From an uncultured Gemmatimonadales bacterium (GTDB taxonomy: Bacteria > Gemmatimonadota > Gemmatimonadetes > Gemmatimonadales > GWC2-71-9): a stretch of DNA of 64,000 nucleotides. The position numbers were made by a program, and so were the translations under genes. The stretch lies in assembly GCA_963821525.1 (NCBI GenBank), contig CAWGED010000003.1, positions 1 to 64,000 of the forward strand. Reading direction: 5' to 3'. This document shows, piece by piece, positions 1 through 9,945 of this stretch. The notes below the pieces were generated by a model. The model was not told the DNA's origin, did no database searches, and saw only the letters and a program-made list of their open reading frames with translations. Position 1 is the stretch's first letter, and each line of letters opens with the position of its first letter.

Positions 1-129
1 CGAGTGCTGGTCCTGAGCGACACCGGAATTCTCTCTACGGCCAGTGCAAGATGAGCCGAGTCACCTCCGTCGGCTTCTCGCGGTGGAGGAAATGCGCGGC
101 GCCGGCAACGAGCTCGAAGCGATATTCGC

Positions 130-205
130 CGGGCTTCCTTTGAAAATACATCGGCCGTTCAGGTGCAGCGCTGAGCGTCTCTCAGTCTTGATGCCTGAGT
201 TAGGC
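130..205 (-). repeat. degenerate attC
   Basis: ggcttcctttgaaaataca...caggtgcagcgctg resembles the dominant attC arm; GTTAGGC at 199-205. Confidence 0.45.
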
Positions 206-214
206 CGTGGCCGG

Positions 215-985
215 TCAGTACGACAGGATCAGCGGGAGCGCCGGCCGGAGATCCCAGCGCTCGCCGCGGGTCCCGTTGTCGAACTCGACTTCCAGAAGCG
301 GAGCGGAGGAGTCGTCAAAGCGCACCAGACGGAGGTCGAGGGCGGCGAGCCCTGGACGCTGCCGCGGCGTCGTGCGGACGACAATGCGCGAAATCCGGTG
401 CACCCCTGCTGGGTGGGCAAACCGCTCCGGTTCACGATCCCGGAAGCGAGCCAGCCACGTGGTGACAGCACGATCGGCGGGCATGATGAAGAGGTCGGGA
501 GCGAGGGACTCCGCCGGCTGCCGCAGCAGGACGTAATAGGTCGTTGGCCGGGAGTCCGGGACGGCATCGAGCCGGAACGGTATTCCCAGGTCGGAGGGGG
601 TGCCGGTAAGGAAATGCAGGCCAATGCCAAAGGGGCTGGCCCCGGTCTGGCCCCAGGCCGTGGCTCGGCGGAAGTCCGCCACATCGAATTCGTGGGCGGA
701 GTCAACGGCGACGCTCGAGTCGACCCACATCAGTTCGAGATAGGCGTTCTCGAAAAAGGCTGCGAGGGAGGTGGTGCCCTCGCCGTCATGGCGGACAGCT
801 TCCGTGTCGATGACAATGCCGGCCCCGCGCAGGGCTTGGACAGCCGCGGTGGCGCCGGGCGGGACGACGATGTAGACGTGGTCGAGCTCGAGCAGAGGAC
901 GCTGAGCGGCCTCCAGCGCGCGTGCGGAGCCGGCGACCGCGAGGAGGACAGCGAGGCGGAGGACCTTGGCGACGGTGGGTGCCAT
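215..985 (-). CDS. secreted VOC/glyoxalase-like protein (cassette)
   Basis: signal peptide, LDHV, H.GEGT and YLEL motifs. Confidence 0.7.
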   Translation of the reverse strand: MAPTVAKVLRLAVLLAVAGSARALEAAQRPLLELDHVYIVVPPGATAAVQALRGAGIVIDTEAVRHDGEGTTSLAAFFENAYLELMWVDSSVAVDSAHEFDVADFRRATAWGQTGASPFGIGLHFLTGTPSDLGIPFRLDAVPDSRPTTYYVLLRQPAESLAPDLFIMPADRAVTTWLARFRDREPERFAHPAGVHRISRIVVRTTPRQRPGLAALDLRLVRFDDSSAPLLEVEFDNGTRGERWDLRPALPLILSY

Positions 986-1001
986 TGGGGCCTCGATGGC
1001 G

Positions 1002-1070
1002 GTCTAACGCCGCGGCGTTCTGCTGCGGCGCCCTATCATAATTGCGGACAACGAGCGCAGCGAGCCGGCG
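1002..1070 (-). repeat. half attC (L'/R' arm only)
   Basis: GTCTAAC GCCGC GGCGTTCTGCTGCGGCG; complementary arm absent. Confidence 0.65.
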
Positions 1071-1107
1071 GCATCCTTACGGCCTCAAGCACCCGTCGAC
1101 CTGACAA

Positions 1108-1151
1108 GACAATACTTAGGTATTGACCTTAGTGTTGTCCGGCGATATAAT
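1108..1151 (+). promoter_or_regulatory. sigma70 promoter with overlapping palindromic operator
   Basis: TTGACC(1123)-N17-TATAAT(1146); imperfect IR GACAATACTTAGG/CCTTAGTGTTGTC over the -35. Confidence 0.75.
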
Positions 1152-1195
1152 CGGTCAGTCAGATAGGGTCACCCCACTAATCGGCTGGTGTCGAA

Positions 1196-1537
1196 ATGGT
1201 TCAATCCGCAGTCGCTGACGATGTGTTTTATGCCTTGTCCAATTCGACTCGGCGGAAAGTCCTGGAGCAACTGTCGGTCGGACCAGCCACCGTCAGCGAG
1301 CTGGCGGCACCGTTTGACATGAAACTCCCGTCGTTCGTGCAGCACCTATCGGTGCTCGAACAGAGCCGACTGGTGAGGTCGAAAAAGCGCGGGCGGGTGC
1401 GGACGTATGAGATCGCACCCGAACGGTTCAAGGTCGTTGAAGACTGGCTGACCGCACGTCGTCAGGAGTGGGAGGAGCGACTGGACCGGTTCGACCAGTA
1501 CGTCAAGCAACTCAAGGAGAAGGAATCAGGATCATGA
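1196..1537 (+). CDS. ArsR/SmtB family regulator
   Basis: FYALSNSTRR, HLSVLE, GRVR wHTH motifs. Confidence 0.92.
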   Translation: MVQSAVADDVFYALSNSTRRKVLEQLSVGPATVSELAAPFDMKLPSFVQHLSVLEQSRLVRSKKRGRVRTYEIAPERFKVVEDWLTARRQEWEERLDRFDQYVKQLKEKESGS

Positions 1538-2028
1538 GCAAGCACTTCAAGTTCGATCCGAAACTTGATTTCGCCATCGAACGGTTCATCGACGCCCCCA
1601 CGCGGCTCGTCTGGGAAGCGTTGACGAAACCGGAGCATCTCAAGGAGTGGTACATGCCCAAGCCTTGGGGTCGTGTGTCGCGAACCGAAATGGACGTGCG
1701 ACCGGGCGGCATCTTCAGCATCGACATCGCAACGGCAGACGGTCAGGAGTTACCCAACCTCGGCTGTTTCCTGGAAGTCATTCCGCTGGAGCGACTGGTC
1801 TGGACCTCCATGTTGTTCCCCGGCTTTCGGCCGGCGGTCTTCGACGACATTCCGATCACCGCCATCATGACGATGGAGACCGTGGGAACCGGCACTCGCT
1901 ACGTCTTCACGGCGCTGCACCGGAATGAAGCGGACCTCGAGACGAACAAGGCGTCGGGCTTCTACGAGGGCACCGAGATCGCCGTCGATCAGCTCGTGGA
2001 GCACGTGATCGCGATGAAACAGCTCTAA
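1534..2028 (+). CDS. SRPBCC/AHSA1 family protein
   Basis: IERFIDAP..LVWEALT.PEHLKEW; coupled to ArsR. Confidence 0.9.
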   Translation: MSKHFKFDPKLDFAIERFIDAPTRLVWEALTKPEHLKEWYMPKPWGRVSRTEMDVRPGGIFSIDIATADGQELPNLGCFLEVIPLERLVWTSMLFPGFRPAVFDDIPITAIMTMETVGTGTRYVFTALHRNEADLETNKASGFYEGTEIAVDQLVEHVIAMKQL

Positions 2029-2065
2029 AGCATTCAAGCGGATAAACATGTTGACGGAGGGAAAC

Positions 2066-2689
2066 ATGAACGCCCCAGCCTCAATCACCATCACGCCAGT
2101 CTGCGTCGCCGACCTGCTCGCCGAGGGCGAGCGGATGCCGGTCTACGTGCACGTCATCGACCATCCCGATGCGCGCGTGCTGGTCGACACCGGCATGACG
2201 GAGCTGCACCCGGCGGTGGCCGACCTCGATCCCCGGCTCCTTCCACTGAGCAAGCAGAACTTCGACCTCGCCGGCATCGACATCGTCGTCAACACCCACC
2301 TGCACTTCGACCACTGCGGCGGCAACCACCTCTTCGCCGGCAGGCCGATCTACGTCCAGCGTCGGGAGCTCGACGACGCGCGCAAGGAGGACGACTACAC
2401 CGTGCGCGAGTGGGTCGACGCGCCCGGCGTGCAGTACGTGTTGGTCGACGGCGAACTCGAGCTGCTTCCCGGGCTCCGGCTGCTCCCGGCGCCGGGCCAC
2501 ACCCGCGGCATGCAGGTCGTCGTCGTCGAGACTGGGGGGCGCCCGGTCGTCGTTGGCGGCGACGTGGCGGTTTGGTTTGGCGAGCTCGACGAGCCGCACA
2601 CCGACGGCCAGCTGCGGGTGCGCGCGCTCGACCCGGAACTGGTCTGGCTCGCGCACGAGCACGAGCCGTGGCGACCCCGCACCGTCTAA
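2066..2689 (+). CDS. MBL-fold hydrolase (AHL-lactonase-like)
   Basis: THLHFDHCGG, PGHT, GD motifs. Confidence 0.88.
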   Translation: MNAPASITITPVCVADLLAEGERMPVYVHVIDHPDARVLVDTGMTELHPAVADLDPRLLPLSKQNFDLAGIDIVVNTHLHFDHCGGNHLFAGRPIYVQRRELDDARKEDDYTVREWVDAPGVQYVLVDGELELLPGLRLLPAPGHTRGMQVVVVETGGRPVVVGGDVAVWFGELDEPHTDGQLRVRALDPELVWLAHEHEPWRPRTV

Positions 2690-2690
2690 G

Positions 2691-2745
2691 GCATCACGCC
2701 GGCGTTGAGCTGCGGCGCTCCACACTAACGGCGGCCAGCGAGCGT
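2691..2745 (-). repeat. degenerate half attC
   Basis: gcatcacgccggcgttgagctgcggcgc resembles an R'/L' arm. Confidence 0.4.
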
Positions 2746-2802
2746 GGCCGCGTCCGAAGCGAATCCGAATGTGCTCCCAACGGATTCGGACAGGAGGTAT
2801 CG

Positions 2803-3216
2803 ATGACGTCTGCTGCCTCGCCTGCCACGCGTTCGGCTACGGCGACATCCCGCAAGGCACTGAACATCACGCTCTGGGTGCTCCAGGTGCTGCTCGCCTG
2901 CTTCTTCGTGATGGTGGGCTATTCCCACGCCCTCATGCCCTTCGACCAGATCGCACAGCAGGCCACGTGGATGAATGACGTGCCACGCTGGCTCAGCCTG
3001 TTCATCGGCTATGCCGAAATTGCTGGTGGCCTGGGGCTCATCATTCCGGCGGCGACTCGCATAGCGCCTTGGCTGACGCCACTGGCTGCCCTCGGGTTGG
3101 CAACCATCATGATCCTGGCGATTCCGTTCCACGTTCTCAAAGGCGAGGCCAGCGTCATCTGGATGCACGCGCTGATTGCTGCGCCGGCGGTCTTCATCGC
3201 GTGGGGACGGCGGTGA
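2803..3216 (+). CDS. DoxX family membrane protein
   Basis: LWVLQVLLA, IGYAEIAGGLGLI; GGAGG RBS. Confidence 0.85.
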   Translation: MTSAASPATRSATATSRKALNITLWVLQVLLACFFVMVGYSHALMPFDQIAQQATWMNDVPRWLSLFIGYAEIAGGLGLIIPAATRIAPWLTPLAALGLATIMILAIPFHVLKGEASVIWMHALIAAPAVFIAWGRR

Positions 3217-3222
3217 CGTCTC

Positions 3223-3465
3223 GTTAGGGAGCTGCAAGACAGTCTCATGCCAAGTCCCCGGCACGGCGGTAAGCGGGTACAAGACGTCGCCGCCATGATA
3301 GTAACCGACGCCAGCGACTGTGGTGATGCGCTCGGCGTGATCGAGCTGTTCCGGAGCGAGAGGATGGTGGTACTTCCACTCGCTCTTTAAGCGCTCAAGC
3401 GCCGGGCGGTCAACGATGTGAACGCGGCTGCCCTCAGGGAACTGTTCTTGGTAGGGAATGCTCGT
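3223..3465 (-). pseudogene. small cassette protein with ACG in start position and no stop before the lost attC
   Basis: manual translation SIPYQEQFPEGSRV...WKYHHPL...GYYHGGDVLY...PGTWHE between cores at 3473-3479 and 3223-3229. Confidence 0.55.
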
Positions 3466-3472
3466 TGTGTCT

Positions 3473-3495
3473 GCCTAACGGCATGCGCTTCTGCT
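3473..3495 (-). repeat. truncated attC
   Basis: GCCTAACGGCATGCGCTTCTGCT joined directly to a stop codon. Confidence 0.6.
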
Positions 3496-4033
3496 AGGGG
3501 CGAATGAGGGGTGCGGCCCATGCGGGTGGTGGTTCTGAAGCGACAGGCTCGTATTGCATGACGAGGGCCTCAGTCACGATGTCGCGAAGTTCGTAATGCG
3601 CGCCCATGCCGCCGTGGACGGTCTCCTGATAGAACGCCACCCGCGTACTGGTGGAGTCAAACTGCCACCGCCAGATAGGTAAGCCCGCGCCCGTAAACGT
3701 ATGGACGGTACCGTCGCTATAGATGACAAGTTTCAACGGAATCGGGTAAGACGTACAGCAGTTAGGGAACAATGCCAGCCAGCCAACCGCCAGTCGATTG
3801 GGGCTGACTGCGGCCTCGTCGAAGCCTACTTGATCGGTGTCGCGAGGGGGTTGGATCTGGCGGTGATCCATAGTGACGATGCGGAGTAGACCGGTAGCCT
3901 CAACTACTGCGGAATCATAAATCTCAGGGACCTGCGCCGCGAGCGGATCTGCACTGCACAACAGCGCTACGGTGGCGAGGCGCAGCGGAAAGCAGCTGGC
4001 GCGTTGAGCATGGACTCTGGGCATGGGCTCCAA
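3494..4033 (-). CDS. secreted hypothetical protein (cassette)
   Basis: ORF between att cores; signal-like N-terminus. Confidence 0.65.
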   Translation of the reverse strand: MEPMPRVHAQRASCFPLRLATVALLCSADPLAAQVPEIYDSAVVEATGLLRIVTMDHRQIQPPRDTDQVGFDEAAVSPNRLAVGWLALFPNCCTSYPIPLKLVIYSDGTVHTFTGAGLPIWRWQFDSTSTRVAFYQETVHGGMGAHYELRDIVTEALVMQYEPVASEPPPAWAAPLIRP

Positions 4034-4046
4034 CTCGCTGATGTCC

Positions 4047-4114
4047 GGCTAACCTTTGTGTTCAGCCGCACGCGAAGCGCAGCGGAGCGTATCGGCTGCA
4101 ACACGTTGTTCGGT
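4047..4114 (-). repeat. attC (short type)
   Basis: GGCTAAC...GTTCGGT with GTGTTCAGCCG/CGGCTGCAACAC stem. Confidence 0.85.
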
Positions 4115-4201
4115 GGCAGACATCAGTATTCACCAGGCGCTGCTAGCTGACCGCGCAGTGTTCTTTCTGAAGGAATGACTCCACGGGTTCCGCTTGAAGG
4201 C

Positions 4202-5368
4202 TCATAAGCCCCCAAAGAACGCCGCGATATCGCGGGCCAGCAACTCGGGCTCCTCGGCTGGGGCGAAGTGCCCGCCGCGCGGCATCGGGGTCCACCGGCG
4301 TACGTTGTACAGGCGTTCGGCCCACTCGCGGGGAGGTGTTCCCTCATCCACGAACGTGTTGGCGAAGACTGCGATGCCGGTTGGCACCTTGACCAGGTCC
4401 TGTGGTCCGAGCGTGATGCGGAAGCGCTTGTTGTCGTTGTCGAAGTAGTCCCGCATCGAAGATGCGATCGTCTGGGTGACCCAATAGAGCGTCACCGTGG
4501 TCAACAGGAAATCGCGGGAGAAGCGCTCATTGAGATTACCGCGGGAATCGGCCCAGGAGCGCCACTTCTCCAGAATCCAGGCGGCAAGCCCAGCGGGCGA
4601 GTCGTTCAGCCCGTATGCGAGCGTCTGGGGCTTCGTGGATTGGATGGCCTTGTATCCCACTTCCTCGTGCCAAAAGGCCGCATTCCGCTCGAGATAAGCT
4701 CGTTCGGCGGCGGACAGTGGCCGCGACCCGGGGCCAGTGTACGGAGCAATCTCCAGATTGCTCAGGTGGACGCCAATCATTGACTCGGGATCACTTAAAG
4801 CCATGAAGGTTGTAACCCCGGCGCCAAAATCGCCCCCCTGAGCCCCGTAGCGCTCGTAGCCCAGGCCACGCATCAGGCGATGCCACAGACCGGCGACATG
4901 CTGATAGTTCACCCCCACCTGCGTGGGCCGATCGGAAAACCCGTAACCCGGCAGGGAAGGGATGACAACGTCAAACGCGGGACCGTCGATGCCATGGGCG
5001 TCTGGATCGGTCAGGAACGGTACCAGCGGAAGCAGCTCGGCGAACGTGCTGGGCCAGCCATGGGTCAGGATCAGCGGAATGCCGTGCCCGCGCCTGGCCC
5101 GCTCATGGACGAAGTGGATGTGGACGCCGTCGAGCTTGGCGCGGAAATGATTCGCTGCGTTCAGCAGGCGCTCTTGTGCGTGCCAATCGAACTCGTCGGC
5201 CCAATACGCAAGCAACGATTTAAGGTAGGTAAGGTCAGTCCCCTGCTCCCAGGCCGGGCCTGGTGCCTGATCAGGCCAGCGGGTGTTGCGGATCCGCGTT
5301 CGGAGGTCGGCCAGAATCTCCGCCTCGATGCGGATCGAGAAGGGGGTGATGGGCAGGGGTGAGTTCAT
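4202..5368 (-). CDS. epoxide hydrolase (EHN, alpha/beta fold)
   Basis: HGWP, QGGDFG, GGHF motifs. Confidence 0.92.
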   Translation of the reverse strand: MNSPLPITPFSIRIEAEILADLRTRIRNTRWPDQAPGPAWEQGTDLTYLKSLLAYWADEFDWHAQERLLNAANHFRAKLDGVHIHFVHERARRGHGIPLILTHGWPSTFAELLPLVPFLTDPDAHGIDGPAFDVVIPSLPGYGFSDRPTQVGVNYQHVAGLWHRLMRGLGYERYGAQGGDFGAGVTTFMALSDPESMIGVHLSNLEIAPYTGPGSRPLSAAERAYLERNAAFWHEEVGYKAIQSTKPQTLAYGLNDSPAGLAAWILEKWRSWADSRGNLNERFSRDFLLTTVTLYWVTQTIASSMRDYFDNDNKRFRITLGPQDLVKVPTGIAVFANTFVDEGTPPREWAERLYNVRRWTPMPRGGHFAPAEEPELLARDIAAFFGGL

Positions 5369-5401
5369 TGGAGGTCTTGCCCTCTAGCGTTCTTACCTGC
5401 C

Positions 5402-5504
5402 GCCGAACAGCCCGCGCTTGACCTGCGCGCGACAAGTGTACGAGTCAACGACTGGATGGCTTCCTTAAAACCTAGCGCCCGACAGGTGCAAGCGTTGGTT
5501 AGGT
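5402..5504 (-). repeat. attC (dominant family)
   Basis: GCCGAAC...GTTAGGT. Confidence 0.9.
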
Positions 5505-5550
5505 GGCACTCAGAAGTCGGCTTGGCCCCATGAGGAAGACGCCAACGCAC

Positions 5551-6526
5551 TTACTCGGTTCGGTCGTCTATTGGGGGCAAGCCACGTATGTACTGGTATA
5601 TGGCCTTGAGACCCGTATCACTCGCGATGGCAGAAATCCCCTTCGAGGGCATCCCTTCGGCCAGCGTGCGGTTGTAGGGATCTATGCCCGTTTGCAGCGT
5701 ACGCACGAAGTCCTCAACACTCCACGCCGCGAGGATAACCCTGAGGTTTGGCGCGGGTGGGGAGCCCGGCCCACCGCCAGTTCCCCCGGTCAGGTTCTCC
5801 CCGTGACACCGCCGGCAGCCCAGAATCGAGACGAGGTACTCGCCGTGTTCGCGCGAGTCGCCTTCAGGCGGCGCGATGATGGGGCGTGTGATGGGTGGCT
5901 GTGCACTGGTGGGGGCAAGGCCCAGGCCGATGAAGAATGCCACGAGGACGTTCAGTTGGGTCGGCGGGGTATTCGGTTCTACCGCTGGCTGCGAGCGCAG
6001 GTACGCGACGATGGCCTCCACGTCGGCATCGCTCAGATGACGAAAGATCTCGGAGGGCATGAGGATCAAGGCACGCCCTGTCTTGTGCACGCCTTCCCGG
6101 ATGGCGCGGATGACTTCGCCATCCGACCAGTGCTCGATCTCGCCCGCTCGCGTCAGGTTCGCAGCCCACAGGGTTCCCATAGGTGGGCCATCTGTCGCAA
6201 GGTTACTCCCGACCAAGGGGGGCTTTCCGTCAGGCTGAATGGCAGGTGGCGCAAAACGTACCAAAGCTAGCTCCTCGCGCGACCTGGTCTGGGGTACCAG
6301 CCACCTTAATGTCCGCGACGGCCAGTGGGTAGGGTGGGAAGTTGATGCGGTAAAAGCCAACGATTGTGAGACCGACCGCCGCGGTGCAGGCCAAGGAAAC
6401 CAGGCTGGCAAGGACAAGCCCAAACCACTTCACAACCGGGCTCTGTGCCCTTCTCACGCGCAGAGCGAGCCACGCACTCAACGTCGCGAGTAACACGAGG
6501 GTTGTCACCCCGAGGACGTCGAACAT
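5551..6526 (-). CDS. diheme cytochrome c, frameshifted near 6240
   Basis: CATCH and CRRCH motifs in two frames. Confidence 0.8.
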
Positions 6527-6639
6527 GAGCCCTCCCTCTCCTCACATCAGGTTGGACCGAAATGACCGGCCTCCCAGCCCAGGTCGCCCCCACGGCCCGG
6601 GAGGGGCGAATGCCGAGGTTTCGCGAACACTTGAGTGCC

Positions 6640-6730
6640 ACCTAACGAACAGGGTTAAGCTGCGGTGCTCTTGTGAAACCGCAGCATGTGCAAGATGCGG
6701 GTAGGCGCCGGCAGCTTCAACCCGTTAGGT
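6640..6730 (-). repeat. attC
   Basis: ACCTAAC...GGGTTAAGCTGC/GCAGCTTCAACCC...GTTAGGT. Confidence 0.85.
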
Positions 6731-7219
6731 GGCGCCAGCTCCATCTGGAAGAGGGCGCTTCATCTGAAGCTCAATCGCGCCATCCCGCTCCCTCGCAACC
6801 TGGTGACCGGTTGGGCGAAAGCCATGGCGGGCATAGAGCCGCTGGGCTCGTTCATTGGCCGAAATGACCATGAGCTGCACTTGCTGAGCGCCACGCTCGA
6901 GTGCCCATGCTAGCAGCGCCACCACGAGCGCATCAGCGGCTCCGGTGCTGCGGAATAGCGGATGCACCCACATGGCCAAGAGGTGCGCGATCGCGGGGTC
7001 CTCGCGGTCCGGCGCACCCGCAACAAGGCCGCGCGGGGTGCCAGCCTCTTCAAGGATCAACGTGACGCCCGGCGCCAACCAGCGTTGCCAGTCGGCGGTT
7101 GTCCGAGCCAGCTCGCGCGCATAGGTGGATCCGAACACCTCCGGGGCGTCGCTGAGTGCCTCGAGGCGGAGGGCGCGAAGCACGGACTCATCCCCAAGGA
7201 TCGCGCGGCGCACATTCAT
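6725..7219 (-). CDS. GNAT acetyltransferase
   Basis: MWVHP.FRSTG, N..A..LY..HGF. Confidence 0.9.
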   Translation of the reverse strand: MNVRRAILGDESVLRALRLEALSDAPEVFGSTYARELARTTADWQRWLAPGVTLILEEAGTPRGLVAGAPDREDPAIAHLLAMWVHPLFRSTGAADALVVALLAWALERGAQQVQLMVISANERAQRLYARHGFRPTGHQVARERDGAIELQMKRPLPDGAGAT

Positions 7220-7275
7220 GAGAGCGACTTCGCAAGGTTGGAATCTGGGTGAGTGCGGGCAAGTGGCGTCGCGTC

Positions 7276-7325
7276 ACCTAACGGATCGTGCATCAGCTGC
7301 GAGGCAACGGGACTACAGTTCGGAA
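7276..7325 (-). repeat. half attC
   Basis: ACCTAACGGATCGTGCATCAGCTGC; partner arm absent. Confidence 0.6.
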
Positions 7326-7514
7326 CACGCCATTCGGGTCACGACACTACACAGTTTGTGAAGCAACCGAATATTATTGAGCAGAAAGCTTATAGGGATA
7401 CCTGGGGATGTAGGCGAAGCGGGGGGATGTAGTGGGACTATTTCAAGTAACTTCCATAACCATATCATAGGATCATCAATATCAATTCAAACTGCAACTA
7501 AATAAGAAAAGACA

Positions 7515-8141
7515 ATGAAAACATCACTTCAGGCAAACAAAAGCATACTGTTGCTCATCGACCACCAATCAAATCTGTTCAATGGAATTATCTCGCACAA
7601 GCCGGAATATGTAAAAAATAATGTGCTGGCATTGGCAAAAGGTGCTTCGATATTGGAAATTCCGGTTGTACTAACCGTGATAAGTCCACAAACTAACGGA
7701 CCGATGATTTCTGAAATCACTGAAATGTTTCCGGATGTTTCTGTAATAGTCCGCAAGCATCCTTCATTCAATGCTTTTGACGAGCCAGAAGTTGTTCAGG
7801 CAATAAACAGTACGGGACGAAAACAACTTGTACTTACCGGTCTGTGGACGAGCATGTGCATGTCGTTCAGCGCACAGCAAGCTTTGCAGGAAGGTTTTGA
7901 AGTTTTCGGAGTGATGGATACTTCCGGTTCCGAATCGGTGGATGCATACAATATGGCTGTGCAACGTATGATTGGTGCAGGAGTAATACCTTGCACGTGG
8001 ATGCAAACTGTTTCTGAATGGATGGATAACTGGCTAAATCCTAAAGCTGGCGACATGTTCACTCGAGTGTATTGTCCGTACAGCAAAGGCAATCCTTTTT
8101 TTGACCAAGATATGCCTGCCACCCTGCCGTCGCAGTCGTGA
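7515..8141 (+). CDS. isochorismatase family hydrolase (YcaC-like), AT-rich
   Basis: LLLIDHQ, GLWTSMC motifs. Confidence 0.88.
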   Translation: MKTSLQANKSILLLIDHQSNLFNGIISHKPEYVKNNVLALAKGASILEIPVVLTVISPQTNGPMISEITEMFPDVSVIVRKHPSFNAFDEPEVVQAINSTGRKQLVLTGLWTSMCMSFSAQQALQEGFEVFGVMDTSGSESVDAYNMAVQRMIGAGVIPCTWMQTVSEWMDNWLNPKAGDMFTRVYCPYSKGNPFFDQDMPATLPSQS

Positions 8142-8174
8142 CCAGGATCAGCGCGACCCCTCGGCTCTGGCGTC

Positions 8175-8861
8175 GTGGCAGCCGTCTACCATCCGTCGTC
8201 ATTCCGCGCGCGCCTCGGGCGTCGCTCATACGGGGTCGGCACACAGGAGGTTGCATTGGCCGAAGACACCTACCGCATCGAGGCGTTCAGCGACGGCGTC
8301 TTTGCCATCGCGATTACCCTGCTTGTCCTCGAGATCCGCCTTCAGCATGCGGGAGTCGAAGGTAGTCTGCGGGCCGGCCTCGTGGCGCTCTGGCCTTACT
8401 ACCTCGCGTTTGCGCTCAGCTTCTTCGTGATCCTGGTCTCGTGGATCGCCCATCACGACCTCATGCGGTTGGTCCACACGACCAATCGCCCACTACAGCT
8501 CGCGAATGGCTGCGTACTCGCCTATGTGACCTTCATCCCATTCCCGACCTCGGTGCTTGCGGCCAGCCTTCGAGGCTCGGAGATAAGTACGGCAGTTGCC
8601 TTCTATTGCGGAACGTTTGTCCTTGGCAGTGGCGCGTTCAACCTGCTGGTCGAGACGATCGCGCGCGGCCACTTGCGCCCGGAGGTCGATGCTCAGACTA
8701 TCGGGCGAGTTCGCCGGGGGACTCGGATGGCTTTCACGATCTATGTCGCCGCGACGTTGATCGCGCTGGTGGCACCGTGGTTGGCACTCGCGCTCAATGT
8801 CGCGGTGCGGGTGCACCTGCTTCGGATGCGGTATCAGCCGGTGCCGCTAGTGGCCACATAG
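8175..8861 (+). CDS. TMEM175 family K+ channel (start uncertain)
   Basis: RIEAFSDGVFAIAITLLVL. Confidence 0.88.
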   Translation: MAAVYHPSSFRARLGRRSYGVGTQEVALAEDTYRIEAFSDGVFAIAITLLVLEIRLQHAGVEGSLRAGLVALWPYYLAFALSFFVILVSWIAHHDLMRLVHTTNRPLQLANGCVLAYVTFIPFPTSVLAASLRGSEISTAVAFYCGTFVLGSGAFNLLVETIARGHLRPEVDAQTIGRVRRGTRMAFTIYVAATLIALVAPWLALALNVAVRVHLLRMRYQPVPLVAT

Positions 8862-9045
8862 GAGAGCCAGCTCACCCGGCAGCGCGAGGAAAGTGGTCAG
8901 ACCAGCGAGGCCGGCCGCCAACAGCCAGAAGGATCGGTCCACCGAGCAGCCAGAGCCAACCGAGCAAGACGTACGTGTGACGAACATCCGCCGATTGCCA
9001 CGACAGATGCTCTACCGCGTCCTTGTGTAGCTCTCGGTGGTATGG

Positions 9046-9441
9046 TCAATCAATGATCGCGATCGCGTCAACTTCGATCAGGTAGTCGGGGGACAGCGTC
9101 GCTACGCCGAGCACCACATCCGCTGGCTTGTGATCTCCGAACAGCGCTATCCGGGCCTCTTCAATAATCGGCAAGCATTCGTCGCGTTTGTAATTGACGA
9201 CGTAGATTGTGATCCTGGTGACCTGCGCAGGCCGCGCACCGGCAGCAGCAAGTGCTCGGCCGAGATTGCCAAACACCTGGCGCGCCTGAGTAGCAAGATC
9301 ACCAGGGCCAACAAGCTTGCCATGTATGTCTTCGGGCTCCTGGCCCGAGACGAATACCATCTTGCTTCCCGTCGCAACGACGACCTGGGTGTACGTTTGC
9401 GGAGTAGGCAGATCCTTGGGATTGATGCATTCGAGCGTCAT
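9046..9441 (-). CDS. RidA/YjgF family protein
   Basis: FVSGQ, LIEVDAIA. Confidence 0.9.
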   Translation of the reverse strand: MTLECINPKDLPTPQTYTQVVVATGSKMVFVSGQEPEDIHGKLVGPGDLATQARQVFGNLGRALAAAGARPAQVTRITIYVVNYKRDECLPIIEEARIALFGDHKPADVVLGVATLSPDYLIEVDAIAIID

Positions 9442-9570
9442 TGCTTAGGTCTCCTGCTATGGACTTGAAGCTTCGCCCACAGCCTGTCCTTTGGCAGTCG
9501 GACGACGCTCCTTCGGTGCGCGAGTTCTCAACTCGGCTCTTCCAAGACCCAGTGAAGGTTGTGGTGAGCG

Positions 9571-9673
9571 GCCGAACGGCCCGCGCTTCACACGCGGGCG
9601 ACATGTGTACGGGTTCACCACTGGACTGCTTCCTTAACGAACAGCGCCCGACAGGTGCAAGCGCTGGGTAGGC
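9571..9673 (-). repeat. attC (dominant family, R'' mutated)
   Basis: GCCGAAC...GGTAGGC. Confidence 0.85.
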
Positions 9674-9682
9674 CGCACCGCC

Positions 9683-9898
9683 CTAGGAAGGTGTCGTCGA
9701 CTTAGGCTTCCACAGAGCTGCATCCAGGATAGACCAGAGATGAATGATCCAGCCCAACAGAAAGAACCAGAGAACGCCCGCCAGGACGAATTGGATGATC
9801 GCGATGAACAGGCGGCCTTGGAGCAACTGCCCCAACCCTGGAATGAAGAAACTGCAGAGCGCCGCGATGACGTTCCCCGTTGATCCCTGTCCTGCCAT
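9683..9898 (-). CDS. small membrane protein
   Basis: AALCSFFIPGLGQL; homologous copy at 33675-33888. Confidence 0.8.
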   Translation of the reverse strand: MAGQGSTGNVIAALCSFFIPGLGQLLQGRLFIAIIQFVLAGVLWFFLLGWIIHLWSILDAALWKPKSTTPS

Positions 9899-9945
9899 GT
9901 GGCCTCCGCCTCAACAAATGGAACCACTAGACGAACTCAGCACCA

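Noticed and set aside
3269..3290. GTAAGCG as IS66 left end
   Set aside because: Lies within the small cassette ORF with no further IR match
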